Made by a program: the position numbers and the translations under genes
Part shown: positions 54,538 through 64,000 of the stretch, one piece after another
Position numbering within the stretch: the stretch's first letter is position 1
Layout: each line of letters starts with the position of its first letter
Notes under the pieces: generated by a model
What the model was told of the DNA's origin: nothing
The model's input: the letters and a program-made list of their open reading frames with translations, nothing else
The model's database searches: none
Assembly: GCA_003558065.1 (NCBI GenBank)
Contig: PWMU01000171.1
Coordinates: forward strand, 277-64,276
DNA from: Opitutia bacterium
GTDB lineage: Bacteria; Verrucomicrobiota; Verrucomicrobiia; Opitutales; T3Sed10-336
Direction: 5' to 3'
DNA length: 64,000 bases

Positions 54538-56739
54538 TTACTGGCTCCCCCCGGTTCGGATGATGGCAATGCGGCCTTCATGCATGCGCTGAGTCCCCAG
54601 CCGAAGCACGTCTCCTGACTCCAGGGCCTCTTCCATGTCCTCGACGGTGGAGACGGGATTGCCGTTGGCGTGAGTGATCAGTTCGTAAGGCTTCAGCCCG
54701 GCGATCGCCGCCGGGGTGCCCGGATCGACACGGGAGATGATCAGCCCGGAACGCTCGTCGCCGGTCCGCCGGTAAAAACGCCTGGTTTCAAAGGTCAACT
54801 CCCGCAACCTCATCCCGATCGAATCGTCGCGCAGTTCGGGGGCCGCGTCGAAATGCGGTGGACTGAGCACCACTTCGAAGGATTTTCGAAGCTGTTCCCC
54901 GTCCCGTACGGTGACCAGATCGAAATTCGTCCCGTACCCGAACCGGGTGATCATGCGATTGAAGGAATTGACGGTGGACGTCCACGGGACGGGAAGGTAT
55001 TCGTAATACTCCTCCGGTATCTCGTCGAGCTGATCCCAGGGAAAACTGTCGTAGTAATGGCGGGATTCTTCAATCCGGACCGGATAGGGGCGTTCACGGT
55101 CTTGAGGGTAGGCGCGCAACAGAATGTCGCCCGGTTGAATCCCCGCCTCTTCCGCGGGAGATTCTCCGAAGACGTGGGTGACGAGGGCGCCGTGATTTCC
55201 GTTATCCGTTTGGCCGGAAACGCCGTGTTCCCGTGCAAGGCCGGAGTCGAGCGCCTGCAACTCCACACCGATCCATGCCAGCCGGTTCTCATCATCCTCC
55301 GAACGGGGCGTATTCGCAGGATCGATATAGCCGTCGAGATCGGAAAGGATCGTCGCCAGCTCGGCGGCGGGAAACAGAACCAGGTCCGGTGAGCGCCAGC
55401 GCCGGTCGTCGGGGTCCTTGTCACGAAGCGCCACCGAAGCCGCCACCCAGCCTCCGTCGGGATCGAAGAGGTAGGTATTCTCGGAGCCGCCGGATAACTC
55501 CGGAAAAAGGCGTCCCCTGTGCTGGATTCTCAGATCGGCGATCCTGACCGGTTCGTGGCGGACGTTCGCCTGCCCGCCGCTCACTTCGAAGTCCGCACCC
55601 AGCAACAGGCGCCCGCGCAGCTCATCCACCGGATCGGACGCAACCCTCAGGGGTTTCTCCAGCGGCTCACTCAGGCGGGCGACAAGGACCCCGTAATCCG
55701 AAAGGGAAGCCTCAAACTGCGCCGTCACGGGCTCTCCGTTCACCGGATAAACCCGGATTCGTTCGAGACGCGCGGTGACAGCCATCGGCAGGTCCGCCAG
55801 AATCATCACCCGGTCCGGTTCGACCAGCAGTGCGGCGGCGGAACGTTCGGTATCGGAGTCTTCGTCATTGTGCCTGCGGGAATACCCCATCGCCGAGCGC
55901 ATTCTCTCTTCATCCGTTTGGCGGGGACTGCGGAAGTCCATGGAAGCCCGCAGGATTCCTTCGTCGACGCGCTGTTTATGCCCGGCCAGCCGTTCCTCCA
56001 TTTCCGCCGCGGAAAGCTGCGGCCACGCGAGCGGTTGTCCCGTCAACGAATCGTCGAGCGGCAACCGCTCGTCCATGATCACCGCAACCACATCGCCCGC
56101 AGCCGTGGCCACGACGACGTTGGCGGGGACGGATCGAAAGCCTTCGCCACTGGACGTGTAGGACACGCTCCCGCCAAACGGTTGCACCGTGGCGGTCCAC
56201 TCGCCCTGGGACCTCTGCCATGAAACGGCGTGCAGTCCCTTGAGGTCCGGGGATACCGTTGCGTCGCCGAATGTTAGCGGAACGCTTTCCGGAAGGGCGG
56301 CCGCGAGTTCGAGGAAGATCGCTTTTTGTTCACTGGCATAGGCGGCTACGCTTGCCTCCCGCACTTCCGTCCCCTGCTTCACCCGGATGGTCTCGATAAA
56401 CCTCGGATGAATCATCATGTGCGGGGTCACCACTTCGTTCTCCGAAACGAGCAATCCGAATGCCTCCAGAGGCCGATTCTGGGAAACGAACGGTTCGAGG
56501 CGGCTCGAGCCGTGAAAACGTCCGCAATTCGGACACCGTTCCTCCCATCCCCTGCCGGTCGGCGCGTCGCCGTCGTCGTACCGCAGGGTGTACTGCACCT
56601 GGACCACCGAGGGATCGAGTGCTTTGACCAGGGAGGCGGCCGTGTCCGGATCGCTCGCCGTAGTGTCTCCGGACACGATAAGTGCCGAAGCGAGGAACAG
56701 GACCGGTGCAAGGGTTCGCCGAAGAAGTGAAGGGATCAT
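54538..56739 (-). CDS. Secreted multi-domain PDZ protein (no recognisable serine-protease triad)
   Basis: The signal peptide is MIPSLLRRTLAPVLFLASALIVSG. Two C-terminal PDZ-like segments are present (GALVTHVFGESPAEEAGIQPGDILL and GLIISRVDPGTPAAIAGLKPYELI). I see no GNSGGP motif. Confidence 0.7.
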   Translation of the reverse strand: MIPSLLRRTLAPVLFLASALIVSGDTTASDPDTAASLVKALDPSVVQVQYTLRYDDGDAPTGRGWEERCPNCGRFHGSSRLEPFVSQNRPLEAFGLLVSENEVVTPHMMIHPRFIETIRVKQGTEVREASVAAYASEQKAIFLELAAALPESVPLTFGDATVSPDLKGLHAVSWQRSQGEWTATVQPFGGSVSYTSSGEGFRSVPANVVVATAAGDVVAVIMDERLPLDDSLTGQPLAWPQLSAAEMEERLAGHKQRVDEGILRASMDFRSPRQTDEERMRSAMGYSRRHNDEDSDTERSAAALLVEPDRVMILADLPMAVTARLERIRVYPVNGEPVTAQFEASLSDYGVLVARLSEPLEKPLRVASDPVDELRGRLLLGADFEVSGGQANVRHEPVRIADLRIQHRGRLFPELSGGSENTYLFDPDGGWVAASVALRDKDPDDRRWRSPDLVLFPAAELATILSDLDGYIDPANTPRSEDDENRLAWIGVELQALDSGLAREHGVSGQTDNGNHGALVTHVFGESPAEEAGIQPGDILLRAYPQDRERPYPVRIEESRHYYDSFPWDQLDEIPEEYYEYLPVPWTSTVNSFNRMITRFGYGTNFDLVTVRDGEQLRKSFEVVLSPPHFDAAPELRDDSIGMRLRELTFETRRFYRRTGDERSGLIISRVDPGTPAAIAGLKPYELITHANGNPVSTVEDMEEALESGDVLRLGTQRMHEGRIAIIRTGGSQ

Positions 56740-56779
56740 AGGGTGTGTGGGTGTTTGGAGTTGGTGTCGGAAATCCCGA

Positions 56780-58153
56780 CTATCTCTCGTAGTCGCGTGA
56801 AAAATCAAGAACGATGTGCCGCGGCCGTCCCTGGCGCATGATGCGCAACGGGACGCGCGGGCGCGAGTCGATGTTTTTCATGGCCTCATCATGCGCCTCC
56901 TGCAAATCAGCCAGATTGGTAATGGGCCGCCCGTCGACTTCGAGGATGATATCCCTGCGGGTCAGGCCGCTTACGAGGGCATTTCCCGGACGTCGCACGC
57001 CGTAGATGAAAACCCCGTAGGACTGGTAGAAATACAGGTCGGGCGTGTCGAAGCGGTTGATGGCCTTGACGGTCATATCCCAGCGCGGAAGGGCGAGGCG
57101 GCTGCCCTGCAGTTCCCCTTTCGCCTGCGGTTGGACTTCCACGGACAGCCGTTCGCCGTTTCGCACGACCTCCATCTTGACGGGGTCTTCCGGCGGGAGC
57201 AGGCCGATTGCCCGGCGGATCGCGGGCAGATCCTCGTAGGTCCGGGCCGTTTTCGGGGTGCCGTTGATTGAGACGATGCGGTCGCCTCGATGCAGGCCCG
57301 CGGCGCGCGCCGGACTGTCCGGGTTGGTTTCCGCGATCATCACACCCTCGTCCGCATCAAAGTACATGTCCCGTTCGAAATCCCGAAGCGGCTGAAGTTG
57401 CAGCCCCGTCCACGCCCAATTGACAGCGCCGTGTTCCACCAGGTGCGGCACCAGAATACGGATGATGTCGGAGGGAATCGAAAAACCGATCGTGCCGCCC
57501 CACATGATTCCCAGTGTATTGATACCGATGATTTCTCCCTCCGTGTTGACGAGCGGTCCGCCGGAATTCCCCGGACTGATGGAAGCGTCCGTCTGCAGCC
57601 ACAGTCCGTATTCGCTGTTGCCGGGGAGGTAGCGATCGGTGCTTGCGATGATTCCGAGGGAAACCGAACGGTTGAGCCCCCATGGTGCTCCCATGGCCAT
57701 GACAAAATCTCCCTCCGAAAGCGCGGAGGAGTCCCCCAGGATCCCGTGGGGCAGCGGGAGCTCGTCCCCGGCCGGATGCAATTGAAGCACCGCGAGATCG
57801 GTCAGTTTGTCCATGCCCAGAACCGTGGCCTCCATCGCACGTCCGTCGGAAAGGAGGCAACGTACCTCGAGCGCATGCTCCACCACATGCCAGTTGGTGA
57901 GGGCCTTCCCGTCCGCGCCGATAATCACGCCGCTTCCCGCGACCTCCTTGGTCTGTCGCCGGCCATCCTCCATTCTCTCGCGGATACATTTAACGTATAT
58001 AACGGCGGGAAAGACCTGGTCCTTGGCGTGCCGGATGATCTTCCGAAAATCCATCGGAGCTCCCTCCTCCACGATCGAGGCCGGGGAGCTCCAGGCAGGA
58101 GAACCCGCAAACAATACCACCAGCAGGGCGAGGGTACTCAAACTAATGCGCAT
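56780..58153 (-). CDS. HtrA/DegP-family (S1C) periplasmic serine protease with two PDZ domains
   Basis: The His is in LTNWHVV, the Asp in DLAVLQL, and the Ser in GNSGGPLVN. PDZ segments follow. The signal peptide is MRISLSTLALLVVLFAGSPAWS. Confidence 0.9.
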   Translation of the reverse strand: MRISLSTLALLVVLFAGSPAWSSPASIVEEGAPMDFRKIIRHAKDQVFPAVIYVKCIRERMEDGRRQTKEVAGSGVIIGADGKALTNWHVVEHALEVRCLLSDGRAMEATVLGMDKLTDLAVLQLHPAGDELPLPHGILGDSSALSEGDFVMAMGAPWGLNRSVSLGIIASTDRYLPGNSEYGLWLQTDASISPGNSGGPLVNTEGEIIGINTLGIMWGGTIGFSIPSDIIRILVPHLVEHGAVNWAWTGLQLQPLRDFERDMYFDADEGVMIAETNPDSPARAAGLHRGDRIVSINGTPKTARTYEDLPAIRRAIGLLPPEDPVKMEVVRNGERLSVEVQPQAKGELQGSRLALPRWDMTVKAINRFDTPDLYFYQSYGVFIYGVRRPGNALVSGLTRRDIILEVDGRPITNLADLQEAHDEAMKNIDSRPRVPLRIMRQGRPRHIVLDFSRDYER

Positions 58154-58327
58154 TCTCCACCGGTTAAATGGAAAGGGGTTCGCAGGCAATCCTGAACCAC
58201 AGCGAGCCAAAGAAAAGGGATGTCCGGTCATTCCATGTGCTCGAACGTTTCGATGGCGGGGCCGGACCGGATTGCCGAATGGTGGAAGAAAGGAACGGCC
58301 CTCCGGCCGCCGGCTCCGGGCGTTGGC

Positions 58328-59467
58328 CTACTTGCTTCCGCGACCGATTTCCTCCAGGAACGCCAATGCCCGCTCCTCTGACCAGTAGACGCCGTCAGTC
58401 GGGCGGCTGACAAACCCCAGATGACCGCCATGGCTGGGTGTTTCCAGGGTGACGCGCGGGTTGGCATCAACCGCGTCCTTCGGATAGCAACGCTCGCTGA
58501 GGAAAGGGTCGTCCCGGGCGTTTATTATCAATGCCGGGAGGTTGATGGGCTCGATACAGCCCGCACTGGAGCAACGCCGCCAGTAATCCCGGGCATTCTG
58601 AAACCCGTGAAGAGGGGCCGTGTAGCGATCGTCGAATTCCTGGAAGTTTCGTATTTCATCCAGCCCGTCGAGGTTGAACACCTCCGGAAAACGCGCGTGC
58701 TTGCGGCGCATCTTGTTCCCCAGTTCTCGGAGGAAGCGGCGCATGTAGAGGCGGTTTGCCGGCCTGGCGAGGCGTTCGGCACTTCCGGCGAGATCGCAGG
58801 GCACCGAAAACACAACCGCCCCGGCGAGTTCTTTTGGAAGGTGCTTTGCGTGCTGTCCGAGATAAACAAGCGTCAGGTTGCCCCCTATGCTGAATCCTCC
58901 CAGCACAACCCGCGCGTAACCCTGTTCGAGACCGTGTCGGACGACGAGGTCGAGATCCTCCCAGGCTCCGCTGTGGTAGAACCGGGGTTGTCGATTGAGC
59001 TCGCCGCTGCAGGAGCGGAAGTTCCACGCAAGAACATCCCAGCCCGCCGCCCGCGCCGCCCGCGCCAGTCCCAGGATATAGGGCCGTCGACTGCTGCCTT
59101 CGAGTCCGTGACTGAGCACCAGCAGCCGGCTGTTGCCTCCGCGGTACCAATCGAGATCCAGAAAGTCGTCATCCGGCGTCAAGATCCGTTCTTCCTCCGG
59201 TGCGGCGATGTTGACCCGCCGGAACACGGTGGGCCAGACGGTCTGCAAATGGGCGTTTCGCAGCCAGAACGGCGGCATAAACGCGGGAATTACTCCTTCC
59301 TGATCCGTCACTGTCAGTGAAACTTCGTACGGCGACTCGTTGACGATCTCCGGGCCGGATACCCTGGAGGATAGGGAGAAAAGTGCCGTTGAAATCGAAT
59401 GCCGGACGGAAGCCGTTGACTCTTGCGAACCCGCCGTTGTCCGGTGGTGATCAAACCGGAGTCGCAC
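58328..59467 (-). CDS. Alpha/beta hydrolase, YheT/ABHD1-3-like
   Basis: WLRNAHLQTVWPTVFRR, VLSHGLEGSS and the nucleophile elbow GFSIGGN. The start (GTG 59467) is uncertain and may be further downstream. Confidence 0.75.
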   Translation of the reverse strand: MRLRFDHHRTTAGSQESTASVRHSISTALFSLSSRVSGPEIVNESPYEVSLTVTDQEGVIPAFMPPFWLRNAHLQTVWPTVFRRVNIAAPEEERILTPDDDFLDLDWYRGGNSRLLVLSHGLEGSSRRPYILGLARAARAAGWDVLAWNFRSCSGELNRQPRFYHSGAWEDLDLVVRHGLEQGYARVVLGGFSIGGNLTLVYLGQHAKHLPKELAGAVVFSVPCDLAGSAERLARPANRLYMRRFLRELGNKMRRKHARFPEVFNLDGLDEIRNFQEFDDRYTAPLHGFQNARDYWRRCSSAGCIEPINLPALIINARDDPFLSERCYPKDAVDANPRVTLETPSHGGHLGFVSRPTDGVYWSEERALAFLEEIGRGSK

Positions 59468-59541
59468 CTCAGCTCGATGCGGTCCGACGGCAAGCGGGAG
59501 TTGCTTCCGATGACGGCCCCGCGGGGGTTAGCGGCATCGAC

Positions 59542-60399
59542 TCAACTCGTTTCGAGAGTGTCGACCTGCTGGCGCAAACGTTCGACGGAACGCTCGGGGA
59601 ATTCCTCTTCGATCGTGTCGAGCGTTTCGCGGGCGCGGGTCCATGCTGCGCGGGCGCGTTCGGAATCCTCAGCCCGCAGGCCTTCCTGCCGGGCGTTGTA
59701 ATGCTCGGAGAGAAGGTTGATATACCGGTGCCGGTCGACCTCGGCTTCGGCGGTACGCGCTTCGACTTCCTCCCGCAGGGCCATCACCCTCTCTTCAAAC
59801 GCGGCACTTTCCTGCCGCATTTGTTGACGGATCTCGTCGCGCTCGGCCTCGGCGCGTTCCGCTTGCTCAATCGCCGCCGCGTGCGCGTCCCGTGCCTCCT
59901 GCAACTCGGCGTCCCGTTCCTCCAGAGTCGCTTCGAGCGCCTCCGCGTCGGCGAGGGCTTCCTCGCGGCTTTGCTCCAGTGCTTCCACGGTGGTGCCCAA
60001 CTCGGCGAGTTCCCTTTCGAGCCGTTGGACGGTTTCTTCCCGTTCGCCGGCCAGTTCCCGTGCTTCCTCCAACTCCCCCGCGAGCCGTTCGTTTTCGTCT
60101 TCGAGGGCGGCGAGGCGAGAACGCTCTTCCTCGAGCGTGGCCTCCAGGGAATCGACCGTTTCCTGCAACCCGGCGTCCCGGTCGTCGAGTTGTTCGAGCT
60201 GGGCTTCGAGCTCGGCGATGGTTTCAAGTGCTTCCTCGTGTTCGCCGCCGCGGGGACCAATAACTGCCAAATACAGGACAATGGCCGCGAGGAGGATTCC
60301 AGCGATAAACGCCGTGGCGACCCGGCTCATGGTCGATGCTTTCCGGGTATCAGCCGCGTTTTGGGTGTCATCCGGGTTTTCAGATTGATTCGCACTCAT
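59542..60399 (-). CDS. Membrane-anchored acidic coiled-coil protein (hypothetical)
   Basis: One TM helix (VATAFIAGILLAAIVLYLAVI) followed by about 230 aa of E/A/L/R heptad-like sequence. Confidence 0.6.
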   Translation of the reverse strand: MSANQSENPDDTQNAADTRKASTMSRVATAFIAGILLAAIVLYLAVIGPRGGEHEEALETIAELEAQLEQLDDRDAGLQETVDSLEATLEEERSRLAALEDENERLAGELEEARELAGEREETVQRLERELAELGTTVEALEQSREEALADAEALEATLEERDAELQEARDAHAAAIEQAERAEAERDEIRQQMRQESAAFEERVMALREEVEARTAEAEVDRHRYINLLSEHYNARQEGLRAEDSERARAAWTRARETLDTIEEEFPERSVERLRQQVDTLETS

Positions 60400-60547
60400 G
60401 TTATCGGATTTTTTTTGCTGTCTTGCTTGCAGGCACACTTTGTGTGCACCTCGAAACTGACGTTTTGAATCATGTCACAATAGAGTTCTCATGCCAAGAC
60501 AAAAGGAGCGCATCGCGCCGATTGAAAGGAAGAAGTATACTTTCCTT

Positions 60548-60649
60548 CATTAAGTTTTCGGAAAACACACCCCACCCTGCTGGCGCATGGCCCCCTCAAG
60601 AGGGGAATGATCTCGCATTTGAACGGGAAAAGAATCCGAAAACTTGATG
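60548..60649. repeat. MITE-like intergenic element, copy 2 (inverted relative to copy 1)
   Basis: The ends are CATTAAGTTTTCGGA and TCCGAAAACTTGATG. The reverse complement shares 19 identical nt at one end and 23 identical nt (GGTGGGGTGTGTTTTCCGAAAAC) near the other end with 4730..4834, plus the ATTCCCCTCTTGAG core. Confidence 0.8.
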
Positions 60650-60713
60650 AGGCGGGTTAACAGGCCGGGCGGTGTCTCGGTTCCCGCCGGATCGCGGGAT
60701 CAACCCGCTCCTC

Positions 60714-61265
60714 CTACGCCCATTCGGGCGGGTTTTGAAGTTCCGGCTTGAGAGTGCCGATGCTGGGGAGGTTACGGTATCGACCGGCGAAATCGAGGCC
60801 GTAGCCGACCACGAATTTATCGGGAATGGCAAAACCGACAAAGTCGGCTTCGAACGGGATCTCTCTGCGGTCCTTCTTGTCTAGAAGGACGCAGGTGTGG
60901 AGCGACTTGGGGTTCATGCGATGGAATACCTGGCTGATCATGAACAGTGTGCGGCCCGTATCGAGAATGTCATCGATGATGAGCAGACGCCGGTTCTCGA
61001 CTTCCAGGTCAACGTTATAGATCACTTCGGGTTCGCCTTCGGGCCGGGTGTCGTTGCCATAGCTCGCGACGCGGATGCAGTCCATCCGGAGAGGAATTCG
61101 AATCCGCCGGATCAGGTCCGCGGTAAACAGGAGGGCGCCGTTGATGATCGAAATGACCGTGATTTCGCCGGCGCCGTAAAACGTGGTGATCTCTTCACCG
61201 AGCTCGCGGGTGCGTCGCGCGATGCGGCGCTGGCTGATGAGAACGCTTTCAAGGTCTTCCAGCAT
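60714..61265 (-). CDS. hpt: Hypoxanthine phosphoribosyltransferase
   Basis: 183 aa with the PRPP-binding loop LLIIDDILDTGRTL and overall Hpt collinearity. Confidence 0.9.
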   Translation of the reverse strand: MLEDLESVLISQRRIARRTRELGEEITTFYGAGEITVISIINGALLFTADLIRRIRIPLRMDCIRVASYGNDTRPEGEPEVIYNVDLEVENRRLLIIDDILDTGRTLFMISQVFHRMNPKSLHTCVLLDKKDRREIPFEADFVGFAIPDKFVVGYGLDFAGRYRNLPSIGTLKPELQNPPEWA

Positions 61266-61283
61266 GGGTGCGATGTCGGGGGA

Positions 61284-61934
61284 TCAGAGGTTGCGGACGC
61301 GGTTGCGGGCGAGGCGAAGCATGCTTTCGATTTCATCGGCAAGCCGGGTGGTTCCCTCGACAGCCCCCGCCTTTTCCAGCAGTGAGACCGCGCGTTTGTT
61401 CTCGTTTTCCTTGAGGGCGAAGGCTCCCGCGTGAAAAAAGACCGCCCGTTTGAAGGCGGGCTCAAACGAATCCGCATCCTGATCGAGAGATTCAAGGAGC
61501 AACTCGAAATCTTCGGCCGCCAGGTCGTAGCGGCCGGCCATGCGGGGGAGATTGTAGGCGTTGATGGCGCGAACCAGGCGAACCTCGGAATTCGCGGGCG
61601 CGCCTTGGACAGCCGTGTCCAGTGTTTCAATACCTTTTTCCACCCACCCGCGTTTTCTCCAGAGGGCGGCGTCGCGGGCTTTGAGGGTGTAGGCGCTCCC
61701 AAGGTAAGCGCGGGCCAGTTCGTTTTCAGGGTCTTTGTCCAACAACGCATCGAGCGCCTCAATCGCCTTGTCGACGGCCGCCTCGGATCCTTCGACGCCC
61801 CTGTCGTGGAGTTCGATTGCGTTCTCCAGAGCCTGCGGGTCGTCATACCGGTCACCGTTGCCGGCTCCCGCGATGGAGGCGCTCATAAAGAGAAGGAAAA
61901 CCAGTGTGCATCGTTGTTGAGGGATCCTCGACAT
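61284..61934 (-). CDS. Secreted TPR-like helical repeat protein (hypothetical)
   Basis: A signal peptide (LVFLLFMSASIAGAG) is followed by helical repeat sequence. Confidence 0.5.
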   Translation of the reverse strand: MSRIPQQRCTLVFLLFMSASIAGAGNGDRYDDPQALENAIELHDRGVEGSEAAVDKAIEALDALLDKDPENELARAYLGSAYTLKARDAALWRKRGWVEKGIETLDTAVQGAPANSEVRLVRAINAYNLPRMAGRYDLAAEDFELLLESLDQDADSFEPAFKRAVFFHAGAFALKENENKRAVSLLEKAGAVEGTTRLADEIESMLRLARNRVRNL

Positions 61935-62089
61935 AGGCTAAGGCATTTAAATCGGAAAACGGACCCGGGAGCCACAAAAAACTCCGGAATCGAAGGTTCG
62001 CATCCCGGAGAACGGAGATCCGATAAAAGGATGCGCGCTTGCAACCCGGCAGATCCGGTTTCATTTTTGCGGAAATCAAAATCCAGCAC

Positions 62090-63442
62090 ATGAAATCGAA
62101 AACTTTATCCAAAAGAATGTTTCGCACCTCAACAGCCGTTGCGGCTGTGGCGCTTCTCGGTTTTCCAGGAGCGGCCGCGGCGGCGGAGGCCGACGACGAC
62201 ACGGTACAGTTGAGCCTGGGGGAGACGCTGAGCCTGGTGGAGTCGGAGAACCTGCAGGTCCTGTTGAACCGGGAGGTGATGGAACAGGCGATTCAGGCGG
62301 CGGAACGCGAGCGTTCGTTTCTCCTGCCGCAGGTTGACGTGCAGGCCACGCAGACCCGGTCGAAATTCTCGACTGCCGGGCAGGCGTTTGAAGCGCCGCA
62401 GAGCACCCGGAATCGTTTTGACGCGAGGATTCGGGGGGATCTGACGCTGGTCGATCCGGCTCTTATTGCGTCCTACCAAGCCGCCCGGAAAGGAGTGAGG
62501 ATTTCGCAGGAGGAGCATGAAGCGGTCCTTCAGGACGTGCTTCAGGCAAGCGCCCGGATCTACCTGACCCATCTCCGCAACATCAGGCGTTTCGAAGTCA
62601 TTGAGTCCAATATCGAGCGGGCGCAGTCGTTGCTGGAGCTCGCGCAAGCGCAGCTCGACGCGGGAGTGGCTACGGAGATTGACCTGACGCGGGCGCGGGT
62701 GCAATTGGCCGGTGAGCGTCAATCCCGTTTGCAGCAGGAGACGGTGGTCTATGAGAGCGCATTGAATCTCAAACGGCTGCTCGACCTGGACCTGAGGAAG
62801 GAAATCGAGTTGGACGATTTTGTCGCTCACCGGGAGGCGGCCTCGGAGGAACCTGAAGTGGAGGAGCGGGACGTGTTGCGTGATCGTGCGGAATACCGGA
62901 CGGCCGAACGGCGCCTGGAACAGAACAAGCTTGAGCAGCGCGCGGCGTCCTGGGAGCGTTTTCCGACCCTGTCGGTTTTCGGCGACTACGGTTATGCTTC
63001 CGGGAATGCGTTCGACGGGGACGATCAGGAGGTTTGGAGCGCTGGAGTGGCCGTGCGGGTTCCGGTTTTCGAAGGATTCCGGATCCGCTCGAACCGGATG
63101 CTGGCGAATTCGCGCCGCCGGGCCACGGAAATTGAGATCCGGGACCTGGAGCAGGAGATTTCGTCCGAGTTGCTGTTTGCCTGGCAGGATCTGCGTTCGC
63201 GTTTGGCCCAGATTGAAGTGGCCGAGGAAAATCTGGAGCTTGCCGAGGACGAACTGCGGCTCGCCCAGGTGCGTTTTGAGCAGGGAGTGGCCGACAACCG
63301 GGAAGTGATTGACGCGCAGAACCGGGTTTCCCAGGCAAGCGACAACCTGGTGGAGGCATTCTTCGGCTACAACGTCAGCCGTCTGGAATACGCCCGGGTG
63401 CGCGGGGATGTCCGGCTCTTGTTGGGAGACCAGGTGCTGTAA
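62090..63442 (+). CDS. TolC-family outer membrane efflux protein
   Basis: It has a signal peptide, two OEP repeats with long coiled helices, and typical ...GVATEIDLTRA... and ...GVADNREVIDAQN... segments. Confidence 0.85.
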   Translation: MKSKTLSKRMFRTSTAVAAVALLGFPGAAAAAEADDDTVQLSLGETLSLVESENLQVLLNREVMEQAIQAAERERSFLLPQVDVQATQTRSKFSTAGQAFEAPQSTRNRFDARIRGDLTLVDPALIASYQAARKGVRISQEEHEAVLQDVLQASARIYLTHLRNIRRFEVIESNIERAQSLLELAQAQLDAGVATEIDLTRARVQLAGERQSRLQQETVVYESALNLKRLLDLDLRKEIELDDFVAHREAASEEPEVEERDVLRDRAEYRTAERRLEQNKLEQRAASWERFPTLSVFGDYGYASGNAFDGDDQEVWSAGVAVRVPVFEGFRIRSNRMLANSRRRATEIEIRDLEQEISSELLFAWQDLRSRLAQIEVAEENLELAEDELRLAQVRFEQGVADNREVIDAQNRVSQASDNLVEAFFGYNVSRLEYARVRGDVRLLLGDQVL

Positions 63443-63517
63443 TTCCTGCGGCCGATTTTGAAAGGCTTGCCTGCGGGCGGCGTGTCGGGGATGATTGGGG
63501 CTTCACCGGATCCGACC

Positions 63518-64000
63518 ATGACGCCTGAATTGATACTGGCTTCCGCCTCTCCGCGCCGCCGGGAAATTCTCGAACGGCTGGGGTTGGATTTTACCGTGCA
63601 TTCGGCCGATGTCGAGGAGCTCGACGATCCGAACGGGAACCCCGAGGATATGGTACTTCGGAACGCGCGGTTGAAAACCGAAGCCGTTGCGGCTATATTT
63701 CCGGCGAATCTTGTACTTGGGGCGGATACGTCCGTCTTTCTTGAGGGACGTGCCCTCAACAAGCCCGGGAGCCTGGAGGAAGCTTCGTTTATGATGGGAC
63801 AATTGTCCGGGAGAAACCATACCGTGATCACAGGGCTTTGTCTGCTTTGGAGGGACCGGGACCGGGAATGGTCCGGGGCGGTGCGGAGTGAAGTCGTTTT
63901 CAAGTCGCTGACCTGGGATACGGTCCGGGCTTATTTCGGGAAGGTGGATCCGCTGGACAAGGCCGGCGCCTACGGGATTCAGGAGCACGGGGACATGCTG
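63518..64000 (+). CDS. maf: Maf-like nucleoside triphosphate pyrophosphatase (3' end runs off the window)
   Basis: My own translation reads MTPELILASASPRRREILERLGLDFTVHSADVEE...VLGADTSVFLEGRALNKPGSLEEA...LDKAGAYGIQEHGDML. It is absent from the ORF track because it has no stop inside the window. An in-frame ATG also exists at 63491. Confidence 0.85.
   Translation, partial: MTPELILASASPRRREILERLGLDFTVHSADVEELDDPNGNPEDMVLRNARLKTEAVAAIFPANLVLGADTSVFLEGRALNKPGSLEEASFMMGQLSGRNHTVITGLCLLWRDRDREWSGAVRSEVVFKSLTWDTVRAYFGKVDPLDKAGAYGIQEHGDML

Noticed and set aside
1-64000. CRISPR arrays, rRNA or tRNA genes, prophage or integrase genes
   Set aside because: Visual scanning of all intergenic regions found no regularly spaced direct repeats, no rRNA-like conserved blocks and no cloverleaf candidates. 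Apart from the decayed RAYT-like remnants, no recombinase genes were found either.

Overview
This is a high-GC bacterial chromosomal window, densely coded on both strands. I support about 55 protein genes. I found no rRNA, tRNA or CRISPR array. The family repertoire suggests a PVC-superphylum genome (Verrucomicrobiota- or Kiritimatiellota-like): an H-X9-DG prepilin-like protein, a Minf_1886-like protein, a BNR lipoprotein, and secreted beta-helix and PDZ proteins. The taxon is inference only. Housekeeping content includes dxs-xseB, hemW, purU, hpt, maf, the ctaA-ctaB-DUF420 heme A operon with a divergent SCO1 gene, HtrA, MscS, TolC, an M16 peptidase, a Ste24-like M48 peptidase and an M50 site-2 protease. 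The most interesting content is lipid and polyketide related, in three loci. (1) 26.5-31.3 kb carries an OleA/OleB-type olefin pair fused operonically to FabZ-like, FabI-like and CrtI-like genes, with no OleC or OleD nearby. (2) 50.4-53.4 kb carries a KAS, an ACP and a paralogous CrtI-like flavoprotein. (3) A type III PKS sits directly downstream of the heme A operon. Other notable features: a sigma54 activator followed by a short TpsA/TpsB two-partner secretion pair; a roughly 100-bp MITE-like element with 15-bp terminal inverted repeats, present in two full copies plus one solo end; a decayed mobile-element island (18.4-20.1 kb) with tandem remnants of an IS200/RAYT-like transposase and a perfect 36-bp palindrome; a prepilin-like gene inactivated by a G-tract frameshift and an in-frame TAA; and a 490-nt gene-free but structured segment that ends in a strong intrinsic terminator. 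All functional calls come from motif recognition by eye. No database search was run.
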